DNA of 64,000 nt from Candidatus Levybacteria bacterium RIFCSPLOWO2_01_FULL_38_21 (GCA_001782475.1 MFOT01000014.1:12109-76108), one strand, 5' to 3'; numbered from the stretch's first letter, positions 19,647-29,860 are shown. Program-made: numbers and translations. Notes: a model not told the origin generated them from the letters alone.

Positions 19647-21320
19647 GTGCCCCTATCAAATAAAAAACATAAAACCAAGTATATTTTTGTTTCAGGCGGT
19701 GTAATCTCCGGCATCGGAAAAGGAACAACCGCTGCATCAATTGCGTTTCTTCTCAAAGCCGCAGGCTATAAAGTTGCTCCTATAAAATTTGAGAACTATC
19801 TAAATCTTGATGCCGGTACGATAAATCCTATTGAACATGGCGATCCCTTCTTGTGCGAAGACGGTACAGAAGCAGATATGGACATAGGAAGCTATGAGAA
19901 ATTCTTGCATGAGGACATGGGAAAAGAGAATTTCGTCACGATGGGGGATATCTACAAGACTGTCATCGATAGGGAAAGACGGTTTGAATACAACGGAGAA
20001 GATGTTGAGGCAATCCCCTATATTACGGATGAAATAATAAAAAGACTAGACCATTTGGCAAGAAAGAAAAACGCAGATATCGTTACGATTGAACTGGGCG
20101 GAACAGCAGGCGAATATCAAAACGTACTTTATTATGAGGCATCAAGAATCTTAACGCTTAAAAGGCCCGGTGATGTAATCCATATCCATGTAAGCTATGT
20201 ACCAACTCCGGGTCATCTGGGAGAACCAAAAACAAAACCGACCCAGCTATCTATTAAGATGCTAAATTCTATGGGAATTCAGCCCGATTTTATAATCACA
20301 AGGTCCGAAAAGTATCTGGATCAAAGAAGAAAAGACAGACTTGCTCTTTTTTGCAGCATGCAAGAAGAAGACATAATTTCAAATCCTGACCTTGGGTCTA
20401 TTTACGAAATCCCAATTGTTCTTAATAAACAGGATTTGGATCAAAGGATTCTTAAAAAACTTCGGCTTTCGGTTCGAAAACCGAAATTGGCAGCTTGGAC
20501 AAATCTTATTGAAAAAATAAAAGCAAAAGGCAAAAAAAATATAGAGATTGCTATAGTTGGAAAATACTTCGGCACAGGAGATTATCAATTAAGAGACTCC
20601 TACGCTGCTTTATTTGATGCAATAGATCATGCTTCGTGGAAACTTGGGGTAAATAGCAAAACACACTGGATTGATGCTGAAAAAATAGAGCGGGAAGGCA
20701 TTGGGCTTATTGGAAATCCGGATGGAATCATAGTTCCAATAGGTTGGGGAGAACGTGGAGCAGAGGGAATGATAGCTGCCGCAAGCTACGCAAGAAATAA
20801 AAAGATTCCTTACTTGGGCCTTTGCTATGGAATGCAACTTTCGGCAGTTTCGTTTGCAAGAGATGTAATAAATTTTAAAGATGCAAATACAACGGAAAAT
20901 AATCCAAAAACAAAACACCCGGTTATTCATCTTATTCCAAAGCAAAAAGAATTTATGGAAAAAAGGGCATATGGAGGAACAATGAGATTAGGAGCATGGG
21001 ACGCAATCGTAAAAAAGGATTCTATGGCATTTGATATCTACAAAAAATACAATGGATTTTTAAATATTGAAAAAGGATTAGTAAGCGAAAGACATAGGCA
21101 TCGTTACGAATTCAATGATAGATTCACAAAAGATTTTGAGAAAAAAGGACTTGTTATAAGCGCAAGGTCGGTTGTTGAAAATCTTGCGGAAATTATTGAA
21201 CTTCCCAAAGACAAGCACCCATTTTATATTGCAACGCAAGGCCATCCTGAATATAAAAGCAGACCCCTCAATCCTCACCCTATTTTTCTTGCCTTTATAG
21301 AAGCTTGTAAAAAAACCTAG
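19647..21320 (+). CDS. pyrG: CTP synthase
   Basis: 557 aa; N-terminal synthetase domain (KYIFVSGGVISGIGKGTTAASI) and C-terminal class I glutamine amidotransferase (GLCYGMQL, HPEY). GTG start. Confidence 0.95.
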   Translation: MPLSNKKHKTKYIFVSGGVISGIGKGTTAASIAFLLKAAGYKVAPIKFENYLNLDAGTINPIEHGDPFLCEDGTEADMDIGSYEKFLHEDMGKENFVTMGDIYKTVIDRERRFEYNGEDVEAIPYITDEIIKRLDHLARKKNADIVTIELGGTAGEYQNVLYYEASRILTLKRPGDVIHIHVSYVPTPGHLGEPKTKPTQLSIKMLNSMGIQPDFIITRSEKYLDQRRKDRLALFCSMQEEDIISNPDLGSIYEIPIVLNKQDLDQRILKKLRLSVRKPKLAAWTNLIEKIKAKGKKNIEIAIVGKYFGTGDYQLRDSYAALFDAIDHASWKLGVNSKTHWIDAEKIEREGIGLIGNPDGIIVPIGWGERGAEGMIAAASYARNKKIPYLGLCYGMQLSAVSFARDVINFKDANTTENNPKTKHPVIHLIPKQKEFMEKRAYGGTMRLGAWDAIVKKDSMAFDIYKKYNGFLNIEKGLVSERHRHRYEFNDRFTKDFEKKGLVISARSVVENLAEIIELPKDKHPFYIATQGHPEYKSRPLNPHPIFLAFIEACKKT

Positions 21321-21342
21321 ATTTAGGCTATAATGAATCCTT

Positions 21343-21618
21343 ATGATAGATTTGAATTTTAAACCAGGAGATATAGTAAAAGTTCACCAAAAAATTAAAG
21401 AAGATTCAAGGGTCAGGTCGCAAGTATTTGAAGGAGTTGTTTTGGGAATTAAAGGCAGGGGAGAAAACAGAACCTTTACTGTTAGAAAAACTGTTGGAGA
21501 TATAGCTATCGAGAGAATATGGCCTATATATTCGCCAAACATTCAAAAAATTCAAGTAAAAGGTCACATAAAAAACAAAGTAAGAAGAGCAAAACTTACT
21601 TATCTTCAAAAATCTTAA
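21343..21618 (+). CDS. rplS: 50S ribosomal protein L19 (short form)
   Basis: 91 aa; FKPGDIVKVHQKIKEDSRVRSQVFEGVVLGIKGRGENRTFTVRKTVGDIAIERIWPIYSPNI...RRAKLTYL aligns with L19 (PGDTVRV...QVFEGVVI...FTVRK). Confidence 0.8.
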   Translation: MIDLNFKPGDIVKVHQKIKEDSRVRSQVFEGVVLGIKGRGENRTFTVRKTVGDIAIERIWPIYSPNIQKIQVKGHIKNKVRRAKLTYLQKS

Positions 21619-21621
21619 TAA

Positions 21622-21987
21622 ATGAAAATTGCAAATCCAATTGCAAGAATTGGTGAAGAGTTTGCTTCGAATTTTCTTCGAAAAAAGGGATACAAAATAA
21701 TCGAACGGAATTTTAGAAAAGGTTATGGAGAAATAGACGCAATAGCAACTAAAGATAATACGCTTGTTTTTATAGAGGTGAAGACAAGAGTTTCTGATAA
21801 TTTTGGAGCACCATTTGAAGCTATTACTCCCTGGAAATTAAACTCTCTTGTAAAAACCGCTCAATTTTATAAGAAACTCCATCCAAATCTTCCCGATTCA
21901 TTAAGAATAGATGCTGTTTCCGTTAAACTTAAGAATGATAGAACCTTAAAGGATATTCATATTTTGGAAAACATTAGCGGATTCTAA
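21622..21987 (+). CDS. yraN: YraN/UPF0102 family endonuclease-fold protein
   Basis: 121 aa; GEEFASNFLRKKGYKIIERNFRKGYGEIDAIATKDNTLVFIEVKTR is the YraN PD-(D/E)xK-like core. Confidence 0.75.
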   Translation: MKIANPIARIGEEFASNFLRKKGYKIIERNFRKGYGEIDAIATKDNTLVFIEVKTRVSDNFGAPFEAITPWKLNSLVKTAQFYKKLHPNLPDSLRIDAVSVKLKNDRTLKDIHILENISGF

Positions 21988-23984
21988 TATTCTTCTTTAA
22001 TTTCTCTTATTCTGTCTCGAAGCTGCGATGCGGTTTCAAAATCAAGACTTTTGGCGGCCATTTGCATCTCTGACCTCAATTTTTTTATTAAGATTTCCTT
22101 TTCATCCGGCAGGAGAATTTCCTTACCCAATAACTTAAAAAGTAAATCACTTGTGTTTTCTTCTTCAATTTCTTTTTCTATTAACTTTGCTCTTATTTCT
22201 TTTTCTATACTTTTTGGGGTAATTTTATGTTTCTTGTTGTATAAAAGCTGAATCCTTCTTCTTCTTCTTACTTCTTTTATAGCCTCCTTCATTGAGAAAG
22301 TCACGTTATCTGCATATAAAATTACTTCTGAATCTATATGTCTTGCGGCTCTTCCCATTGTCTGGATTAAAGAAGTTTTGCTTCTTAAAAAACCTTCTTT
22401 GTCTGCATCTAAAATTACTACAAGGGAAACTTCGGGCAGATCAAGCCCCTCCCTTAATAAATTAATTCCTACAATTACATCATATTCGCCAAGTCTTAAC
22501 TTATCTAAAACATCCTGCCGGTCTAGGGTCGCTATATCAGAATGAAGATATGAAACCTTTAGTCCTTTTTCTTCAAGAAAAGAGGAAAGATCTTCTGCCA
22601 TTCTTTTGGTAAGTGTTGTAACAAGGACTCTTTCTTTCTTAAGAGACCTTTTTGTAATTTCTTTTATAAGATTTTCTATCTGATTTTTTGTTGTTCTTAT
22701 GTGAATTTTAGGATCAAGAAGACCGGTGGGTCTAATTAATTGCTGGACAATTGCATTTTTATACTCACTTGCAAGTGATAATTCATATTCATTAGGAGTT
22801 GCGCTAACATAAATTAGCTGCGGCACTCTTGCCATAAATTCATCGTATCTAAGGGGTCTATTATCAAGTGCGGATAGAAGTCTAAACCCGTAATCAATTA
22901 GAACTTCTTTTCTTCTCCTGTCCCCATTATACATACCTCGGAGTTGGGAAAGCGTAATATGGGATTCGTCAATTACGCAAAGCCAATCATTATCTGCTGC
23001 TTTTTTAAAATAATCAAGAAGAGTATAGGGAGGCTCTCCTTCTTTTCTGTCGTCAAAGTATCTTGAATAATTCTCAATTCCGTTTACATACCCAACTTCT
23101 CTTATCATCTGCAAATCGAAATTTGTTCTTTGCGTAAGTCTTTGAGCCTCAAGGAGTTTATTGTTTTTTTTCAATTCCTCAACTCTTGCGGCTAAATCTT
23201 TTCGGATCTTTGAAAAAACATCATTATATGTCCTTGGGTCTGTCATATAGTGTTTTGCAGGATAAATTACAGCACCTTTTTGAGAAATAATTGTATCTGC
23301 GGTAAGAGGGTCAAAGTCGATAATCTCTTTGACTATATTGTTTTTTATTTCTATCCTTATCCCAAAATCGGAATACGCGGGGAAAACATCAATAGATTCT
23401 CCTCGCACTCTGTATGTCCCTCTTTTAAATTCGTATTCGTTTCTGTCGTATTGAAGATCCGTAAGTCTTAAAATAATATTTTTTCTGTCTATTTTCATAC
23501 CCTTCCTAATCTCTAAAATAAATTTTCCATATTCAACAGGAGACCCGAGGCTATAAATGCAGGAAACAGAAGCTACAACAATTACGTCTTTTCTGGTCAA
23601 AAGGTTTGCTGTTGCAGAAAGTCTTAATTTATCAATCTCCTCATTAACCTCTGTCTCTTTTTCTATATATGTATCGCTTTGAGGTATGTATGCTTCTGGC
23701 TGATAATAATCGTAGTATGAAACAAAATAGGAAACTGCACTATGAGAGAAGAAATCTCTAAATTCCTGATAAAGCTGAGCTGCTAAGGTTTTATTATGAG
23801 AAATCACGAGAGTTGGTTTTTGAACTTTCTCTATAACATTTGCAAGCGTAAAAGTCTTTCCGCTACCGGTAACACCCAAAAGCACTTGATAAGGAGTATT
23901 TTTAATTATATTTTTAGAAAGCGCATCAATAGCCTGGGGTTGATCTCCGGTTGGCTTAAACTTTGACACCAATTTAAATTTCAT
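21984..23984 (-). CDS. uvrB: Excinuclease ABC subunit B
   Basis: 666 aa; helicase motif I GVTGSGKT, the beta-hairpin region, and a C-terminal UvrB/UvrC interaction domain (ASQLRDRIREIKEE). Confidence 0.95.
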   Translation of the reverse strand: MKFKLVSKFKPTGDQPQAIDALSKNIIKNTPYQVLLGVTGSGKTFTLANVIEKVQKPTLVISHNKTLAAQLYQEFRDFFSHSAVSYFVSYYDYYQPEAYIPQSDTYIEKETEVNEEIDKLRLSATANLLTRKDVIVVASVSCIYSLGSPVEYGKFILEIRKGMKIDRKNIILRLTDLQYDRNEYEFKRGTYRVRGESIDVFPAYSDFGIRIEIKNNIVKEIIDFDPLTADTIISQKGAVIYPAKHYMTDPRTYNDVFSKIRKDLAARVEELKKNNKLLEAQRLTQRTNFDLQMIREVGYVNGIENYSRYFDDRKEGEPPYTLLDYFKKAADNDWLCVIDESHITLSQLRGMYNGDRRRKEVLIDYGFRLLSALDNRPLRYDEFMARVPQLIYVSATPNEYELSLASEYKNAIVQQLIRPTGLLDPKIHIRTTKNQIENLIKEITKRSLKKERVLVTTLTKRMAEDLSSFLEEKGLKVSYLHSDIATLDRQDVLDKLRLGEYDVIVGINLLREGLDLPEVSLVVILDADKEGFLRSKTSLIQTMGRAARHIDSEVILYADNVTFSMKEAIKEVRRRRRIQLLYNKKHKITPKSIEKEIRAKLIEKEIEEENTSDLLFKLLGKEILLPDEKEILIKKLRSEMQMAAKSLDFETASQLRDRIREIKEEY

Positions 23985-24036
23985 ACATCGATTATTCTAC
24001 CATAATTAATAGCTTCTGAGACACTTTGAATATTTT

Positions 24037-24084
24037 TGTCATATTGACATTGTTCTAACTTTTTTCGTATAAAATACTAGTACT
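24037..24084 (+). promoter_or_regulatory. Candidate lexA promoter with overlapping palindromes (putative SOS operator)
   Basis: -35 TTGACA (24044-49), 17-nt spacer, -10 TATAAA (24068-73). The inverted repeat TGTCA-TAT-TGACA (24037-49) overlaps the -35, and a perfect palindrome TACTAGTA lies just 3' of the -10. Both are in the uvrB/lexA divergent intergenic region. Confidence 0.4.
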
Positions 24085-24116
24085 TCGAGATTATCAGTTG
24101 GCTAGAGCGAAGTCGA

Positions 24117-24749
24117 ATGCATATGCCAGGTGTCATCTACAGAAAAGAGAGGGAGCTTTTAGAATATCTTGCTCAATTTCAAGCGCAATATGGCTATTCG
24201 CCAACCTTAGCAGAGCTTGCAAAGGCTACGGGACATCGGAGCAAATCCACTGTCCACGCACTTATTAGAGCCTTGGTAGAAAAAGGCTACGTTCAGAAAG
24301 TCGAAGGAAATACCCGTGTTCTTAAAATCATAGAAGATAAAGTTAGACTATCCTTTAGGGGAATTCAGCCCTCAATTGAACTTCCTTTAATGGGATACAT
24401 AGCAGCAGGTAAACCTTTGGAGCCACATACTGATCCAAACGCTACCTTTCAGATATCCGCCTCTATGATTTCGGGAAAACATACATCCTACACTTTGCAA
24501 GTAAAAGGCGATTCTTTAATAGAAGACGGTATTTTAGATGGCGATTATGTTGTAATAGAAAAGGCTCAAGAAGTTGTAAGCGGCGACATAATTGTAGCAA
24601 TTGTTGATGACAATCTTGCAACTCTTAAAAAATATTATAAAGAGAATGGTAAGATAGTTTTAAAACCAGCGAATTCAGAAATGGAGCCAATTTATCCTAA
24701 TTCTTTAAAAGTGCAGGGAAAAGTGGTGGGAGTAATTAGAAAATTTTGA
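24117..24749 (+). CDS. lexA: LexA repressor (S24 self-cleaving peptidase)
   Basis: 210 aa; N-terminal winged HTH (YSPTLAELAKATGHRSKSTVHALIRALVEKGYV), Ala-Gly cleavage site (IAAGKP), Ser (VKGDSL) and Lys (ATLKKY) dyad residues. Divergent from uvrB. Confidence 0.9.
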   Translation: MHMPGVIYRKERELLEYLAQFQAQYGYSPTLAELAKATGHRSKSTVHALIRALVEKGYVQKVEGNTRVLKIIEDKVRLSFRGIQPSIELPLMGYIAAGKPLEPHTDPNATFQISASMISGKHTSYTLQVKGDSLIEDGILDGDYVVIEKAQEVVSGDIIVAIVDDNLATLKKYYKENGKIVLKPANSEMEPIYPNSLKVQGKVVGVIRKF

Positions 24750-25376
24750 TTATTTTTTTCTCAATTTAATAATCTTTAGCTTGTGGTTTAAATATATCAG
24801 AATAAAGAAAATAATAATACCCAAAATTATAAAATCGAATTTCCTGAAGTATTGCTCTAAAACATTCCATCTGCTTTGGAAATAAAACCCTATATAGGTT
24901 AGGAAAATTGACCAAATTATAGAACCTACAAGTGTATAAGATGAGAATTTCCATATATTCATTTCAAAAATACCTGCGGGGAGAGATATAAACGTTCTTA
25001 CAGCAGGAAGAAGTCTACTAAAAAATACAATACTATCTCCATATTTCTTAAACCATCTATTTGCCCTGTCTAAATCGTGTTCGTTAACCAAAATGAGTTT
25101 CCCGTATTTTCTAATATTTTTGACAATTATATTTTCCTCAAGAAAATAGCCAATGTAGTAAGCAATAAGCGAGCCTACGAGATTGCCTATAGCTCCTGCT
25201 AATACTACTGGAATAAAAGAAAGATTTCCTTTTGCCACAAGGAAACCAGAAAAGGGCATCGTAATTTCTGAGGGAATTGGAATAAGAGCTGATTCAAGAG
25301 TCATTAAAATAAATATTCCAAGATAGCCGGTGGATTGTATTAGGTGTATAATTGATAGAGTAATCTGCTCAAGCAT
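24750..25376 (-). CDS. DedA/SNARE-associated family membrane protein
   Basis: 208 aa; YLGIFILMTLESALIPIPSE near the N-terminus is the DedA signature; polytopic. Confidence 0.8.
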   Translation of the reverse strand: MLEQITLSIIHLIQSTGYLGIFILMTLESALIPIPSEITMPFSGFLVAKGNLSFIPVVLAGAIGNLVGSLIAYYIGYFLEENIIVKNIRKYGKLILVNEHDLDRANRWFKKYGDSIVFFSRLLPAVRTFISLPAGIFEMNIWKFSSYTLVGSIIWSIFLTYIGFYFQSRWNVLEQYFRKFDFIILGIIIFFILIYLNHKLKIIKLRKK

Positions 25377-25379
25377 TTT

Positions 25380-26090
25380 ATGGGAATTTTATATATTGTA
25401 TCAACACCGATTGGAAATTTACAAGATATAGGAGTAAGGGCAGTTAAAATTTTAATAGAAGTTGACATAATTGCCTGTGAAGATACAAGAAAAACCGGCT
25501 TTCTTCTTGAAAAAATAAAGGATTTATATATGAAACTTTTTTCTCTTGCGACAGATATAAAAAGACAAAATTTAGTTTCCTATTACGAACAGAATGAAGA
25601 GAAGAGAATTCCTGAAATTATAAATTTTTTAAAAGAGGGGAGAAACGTGGCTCTTGTGTCTGATGCAGGCACTCCCGCAATCTCTGATCCGGGATTTAAA
25701 TTAATTCGAGAATGTATAAAACAGGGAATAAAAGTTGAATCTATTCCCGGTCCATCATCTGTGATCTCTTCGCTCGTTGTATCAGGTCTTCCAACAGATA
25801 AATTTCTTTTTGCAGGCTATCCGCCCAAAAAACCAGGTCATAGGAAAATTTTTTTCACAAAACTTAAGCAAGCAAAAGAAAAAGTTAAACTTACTTTAAT
25901 TATCTTTGAAGCTCCCCATAAACTCTTACGAACGTTAGATGAAATTAAAGAAATATTCGGGGATGTTGATTTGGTTTTAGCCCGGGAGCTGACAAAAACT
26001 TTTGAGGAGGTAAAACGAGACAATCTTTCAAGTTTAATTAGTTATTTTGAAAAGAAAAGTCCTAAGGGAGAGTTTGTAATACTTCTATAA
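25380..26090 (+). CDS. rsmI: 16S rRNA (cytidine1402-2'-O)-methyltransferase
   Basis: 236 aa; LYIVSTPIGNLQDIGVRAVKIL...IIACEDTR...VALVSDAGTPAISDPG is the RsmI (tetrapyrrole-methylase fold) signature. Confidence 0.85.
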   Translation: MGILYIVSTPIGNLQDIGVRAVKILIEVDIIACEDTRKTGFLLEKIKDLYMKLFSLATDIKRQNLVSYYEQNEEKRIPEIINFLKEGRNVALVSDAGTPAISDPGFKLIRECIKQGIKVESIPGPSSVISSLVVSGLPTDKFLFAGYPPKKPGHRKIFFTKLKQAKEKVKLTLIIFEAPHKLLRTLDEIKEIFGDVDLVLARELTKTFEEVKRDNLSSLISYFEKKSPKGEFVILL

Positions 26091-27344
26091 AGCTTTAATC
26101 TGGTCTTCAATTTCAAGCAATCTATTATACTTTGCAACATTTTCGCCCCTTGCTGTTGCGCCAAATTTTACATAATCCGAAGAAACTGCCGCGGCAAAGT
26201 CAGCTATAAAATCGTCTGTTGTTTCAGCACTTGTAGCTGACACGATTATTTTAAGACCTGCTTGTCTTGCAACTTCTACAACAGCTAAAGTTTCTATTAC
26301 CGTACCAACTTGACTAGGCTTAACTACAATACCTGAAATTGCTTTTTTATCTAAAGCTATCTGAAGTCTATAAGGGTTAGTGGATGTTAAGTGATCTCCT
26401 GCAACAATAGTATTTGCAGAAATTCTATTTGTAAGATCGACCCACCCATTCCAATCCTCCTCGTATAAAGGATCTTCAAGATAAAGCAAGTGGAATTTTT
26501 TATTTAGATTCTCATAGTAAGTTGTAAGATCAGAAGATGAAAATTGCATAGCAGAATCCTTAATCTTATACTTTCCCTCACTATAGAAGCTGTTAGAAGA
26601 CGCATCAATTCCCAAAAACACATCAAATCCCACACGAAAAGCAGTATTTTCTATCGATTGTTTTATTATATTAAGTCCGTCTTCGTTTGTCGCCAGGTTT
26701 GGAGCAAAACCTCCTTCGTCCCCAACAAGAGTGGGTAGATTTTTAAACCCTAAGTCATTCCTTAAAGTACTGTATATATTTGCTCCCATCTCCAAAGATT
26801 CGCTGTAAGGTTTTGAACTGACTGGAATGACTAGAAACGACTGAAAATCTAAATTTCCACCAGCGATTTTTCCACCATTTAAGAGATTAAAGATGGGTGT
26901 TGGAATTTTAAGAGGATTACCTTCTTTTTTTATAAATTCTCGAAGATAAACAAAAAGGGGGAGAGCAGAACTTTTTGCAGCGGCTCTTGAGACTACCATG
27001 GAAAGGGCAAGCATGGCATTGGCCCCAAGTCTTGATTTGTTCTGCGTACCGTCAAGCTCAATCATAATTTTATCTATCTCTTGCTGTTTATTTACCTCAA
27101 TACCTATGATTCTAGGCGCGATAATACTTTTAATATTTTCTATTGCTTTTAAAACGCCTAAGCCTTTGTATCTATCTTGATCATTATCAATAACTTCTGC
27201 AGCTTCAAACCCTCCCAAGGAAGTCCTACCCGGAGAAGAAGCAGTTGCTAAAGTGCCGTCAGCTAAAACCAAAGCTACCTCAACCGTAGGATGACCTTTG
27301 GCATTTAAAATTTCTCGCGCCTCAATCTTTTTAATTTTAGCCAT
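26085..27344 (-). CDS. eno: Enolase
   Basis: 419 aa; matches to conserved enolase motifs: EDPLYEEDWNGW, IVVKPSQVGTVIE and SATSAETTDDFIADFA. The N-terminal SGASTG region is divergent (SSPGRTSLGG). Confidence 0.85.
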   Translation of the reverse strand: MAKIKKIEAREILNAKGHPTVEVALVLADGTLATASSPGRTSLGGFEAAEVIDNDQDRYKGLGVLKAIENIKSIIAPRIIGIEVNKQQEIDKIMIELDGTQNKSRLGANAMLALSMVVSRAAAKSSALPLFVYLREFIKKEGNPLKIPTPIFNLLNGGKIAGGNLDFQSFLVIPVSSKPYSESLEMGANIYSTLRNDLGFKNLPTLVGDEGGFAPNLATNEDGLNIIKQSIENTAFRVGFDVFLGIDASSNSFYSEGKYKIKDSAMQFSSSDLTTYYENLNKKFHLLYLEDPLYEEDWNGWVDLTNRISANTIVAGDHLTSTNPYRLQIALDKKAISGIVVKPSQVGTVIETLAVVEVARQAGLKIIVSATSAETTDDFIADFAAAVSSDYVKFGATARGENVAKYNRLLEIEDQIKAL

Positions 27345-27353
27345 AACAGAAGA

Positions 27354-28403
27354 TTATGATTTTCTACTTAACTGTTTTTTAAAATAGTCTACCCAAGGAA
27401 TGACGCTTGGATCCTGCCCATACAACATCGCAAGATAAAATGATAGATAGCCACCAAATGATAAAACCTCAAGCACCTGAGAGAGCTTACCGTTTGAAAA
27501 GGGTTTAAACTCAACCCACGAAACGTCATTTTTTTCAATTACACCCTTTGTCAGTTCATACCGCCTTCTTAATTTATAAGAGTATAAATCAGAACCAATA
27601 AATAAAACTTTGAGTTTTTTGTCTTGTGGGTTCTTGAGACCTTCCATTAAATGATGGTTTAGCTCGGGAAGCTCAGAATACGCAGAAAAACTTTTTGCAG
27701 TTTCGTTTATTTGATTTCTAATTATATGGGCGTTTCCATTAAGATGTTCTGCTGCAATTATAACCGGTATAGAATTATGAATTTTTTGAGCTAATTCTAT
27801 CGATCGCCCTTTTATTTGATCTTCATTCTTTCTTATTGTCAAAATAGCCTGGCTTACCTCATCATCAGAAACAGAAATGTAACCTAGGTTATTAAACATT
27901 CCAATTGTTCCCAAAGCCATATATCCCGTACCAAAACGAGGCTGTTGTGAAGGATTATATTTTTGGTCAAACACAATCGCAGGAATATTGTTCTGTCTCA
28001 CTATGTCAAGAGCTTTCCCGCCGTTCGTTAGAGCTACTAGTAACAGTTTCTTTTCTAATGCTGTCCGTACGCAATTAAGAGGTTCCTCAGTGTCCCCAGA
28101 ATAAGAGGAAAGGATTACTAGAGTATTTTGGTCCGCAAACCCTGGCAAGCGATAATCCCCTAAGGAAACTAAGGGAACTTTTAGTGAATCATGATATAAA
28201 GCACGTAAAACATAAGCGCCGTACATGGACCCACCCATGGCGCATAAAACAATATTTTTGACGTTTTTTAAATTTTCGAGAAATACGACTTTTTTTGATA
28301 ATTCCCAAATATCTACGCACTGATCTGGCAACATATCTAACGACTCATACACGTTGTTCGGATCATGTTTTTTTATTTCTTCAAGATCTCTCAAGTCAAC
28401 CAT
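27354..28403 (-). CDS. SIS-domain sugar isomerase, archaeal-type bifunctional phosphoglucose/phosphomannose isomerase family
   Basis: 349 aa; two SIS-like halves (CAMGGSMYGAY..., LVILSSYSGDTEE), and a size and layout typical of the PGI/PMI family. Confidence 0.55.
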   Translation of the reverse strand: MVDLRDLEEIKKHDPNNVYESLDMLPDQCVDIWELSKKVVFLENLKNVKNIVLCAMGGSMYGAYVLRALYHDSLKVPLVSLGDYRLPGFADQNTLVILSSYSGDTEEPLNCVRTALEKKLLLVALTNGGKALDIVRQNNIPAIVFDQKYNPSQQPRFGTGYMALGTIGMFNNLGYISVSDDEVSQAILTIRKNEDQIKGRSIELAQKIHNSIPVIIAAEHLNGNAHIIRNQINETAKSFSAYSELPELNHHLMEGLKNPQDKKLKVLFIGSDLYSYKLRRRYELTKGVIEKNDVSWVEFKPFSNGKLSQVLEVLSFGGYLSFYLAMLYGQDPSVIPWVDYFKKQLSRKS

Positions 28404-28556
28404 GATATGATAGTAACATTAGTTTTTACTATTCGCAATCCTTACAGCATCCCTAGAGCCTCATTATCTAATAACCGGTTTACCAATAGTTTTCCGATAC
28501 GGGATCGGGATAGATATGACGAACCGGTATAATTCAACACTACGGCTATAACAGTA

Positions 28557-29315
28557 TTAAATTTTCTTATTGAGAATATGAATTGCTTCATCATGCAATA
28601 ACCCGTTTGTACCAATAAATCCTCGGCCAAAAATGTCCCATGGTTTTCCATCGATATGCGTTATTCTTCCTCCAGCTTCTTCAATAATTACTTTAAATGG
28701 CGCAGAGTCCCATGGCTGCGCATATACGTCAATTGTTGCGTCAATGCTTCCACAGGAAAGTAAGAAATGACCATATGTAGGTTCGTATCCTCTCACGCTA
28801 CCTACTATGTCAACTAATTTCAATAGAGGCTTCTTATTTTTAAAATGTCTTAAGCTTCCAAAGGTAAGATAACATTTGCTTAGATCGCTTATATTCGACG
28901 TGTAAATTTTTTTAAGACCGCGATGTGCCCCTTTACCTCTTTCGGCATACATTAATCCATTGTGTAGTAAGGGGAAATAACAGACACCAAGCATTACTTC
29001 ACCTTTTTTGTACAATGATATCAGAATACACCAAAACGGAATGTTCCTCGTAAAACATCTCGTCCCATCGATGGGGTCAATTATCCAAAAGGTTTCTTCC
29101 TCTTTGTCTCCGCCTGTTTCCTCAGCGAGAAACTTTGCGTTTGGTATGCGGGATAATATAAAAGACCTAATCGCATCCTCAGTTTGAAAATCCGCTTCAG
29201 TAACTACGGTTTTATCTTTTTTGATACTAACGAGCATTTTTTTTTCATAATATTTTAACGCCGTTTTCGCACCAATCTTGGCTGCTTCAATTGCAATTCT
29301 TAGCTCATTTGACAT
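28557..29315 (-). CDS. Inositol monophosphatase family protein (IMPase/FBPase-like)
   Basis: 252 aa; metal-binding motifs EETGG, WIIDPIDGT and WD...A of the IMPase superfamily. Confidence 0.8.
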   Translation of the reverse strand: MSNELRIAIEAAKIGAKTALKYYEKKMLVSIKKDKTVVTEADFQTEDAIRSFILSRIPNAKFLAEETGGDKEEETFWIIDPIDGTRCFTRNIPFWCILISLYKKGEVMLGVCYFPLLHNGLMYAERGKGAHRGLKKIYTSNISDLSKCYLTFGSLRHFKNKKPLLKLVDIVGSVRGYEPTYGHFLLSCGSIDATIDVYAQPWDSAPFKVIIEEAGGRITHIDGKPWDIFGRGFIGTNGLLHDEAIHILNKKI

Positions 29316-29328
29316 ATTTATTATAGAT

Positions 29329-29850
29329 CTAAGCCCGATTTTCCCTTTTATGCCAATCGTTTATAGCGTATCTATGCTTGTATGCAATATGCTCTGGAAG
29401 CTGATCTGGTATAAAATATTTCCAATTCTTATGTTCTTTGCTCAACCTAATTTTTCCCTTAGAAGTTCCATAGAAAATAATATCTACGTGCATACCGCGT
29501 GGATCGTCATCAATTAAATATACTCCTGTTATTCCTTGGACAGCAATCTCTAGTCCGGTTTCCTCTTTTGTTTCTCTCTTGATTGCATTCTGAGCCGTCT
29601 CCCTGTAATAGATGAACCCTCCCGGCAGAACCCAATAATTTTTAAAGGGTTCATCTGCTCTTTTAAGCATTAGTATTTCCCCATCTTTATGAAGAAGAAT
29701 ACTCACAACAGGTTTTGGATTATTCCAAAAGATAAAACCACAGTTACTGCATTTTTTGACTTTCTCGTTGTCTATTGCTTGCGGAACTAGATTGCTTGCA
29801 CAATGAGGGCAGTATACATAGAGATCCTTCTCTTTTATTGGTTTGCTCAT
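29329..29850 (-). CDS. NUDIX hydrolase with N-terminal zinc ribbon
   Basis: 173 aa; CPHCAS...CSNCG zinc ribbon, then the Nudix box GGFIYYRETAQNAIKRETKEETGL. Confidence 0.8.
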   Translation of the reverse strand: MSKPIKEKDLYVYCPHCASNLVPQAIDNEKVKKCSNCGFIFWNNPKPVVSILLHKDGEILMLKRADEPFKNYWVLPGGFIYYRETAQNAIKRETKEETGLEIAVQGITGVYLIDDDPRGMHVDIIFYGTSKGKIRLSKEHKNWKYFIPDQLPEHIAYKHRYAINDWHKRENRA

Positions 29851-29860
29851 TATCTATAGA

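Noticed and set aside
19562-19756. 64-aa minus-strand ORF overlapping the pyrG 5' end, and the N-terminal extension of the NYN ORF (19563-19613)
   Set aside because: Both run across the repeat/promoter copy 2 and the pyrG start, and neither has an SD or conserved motif. The NYN gene most plausibly starts at MKKEVVY (~19562).
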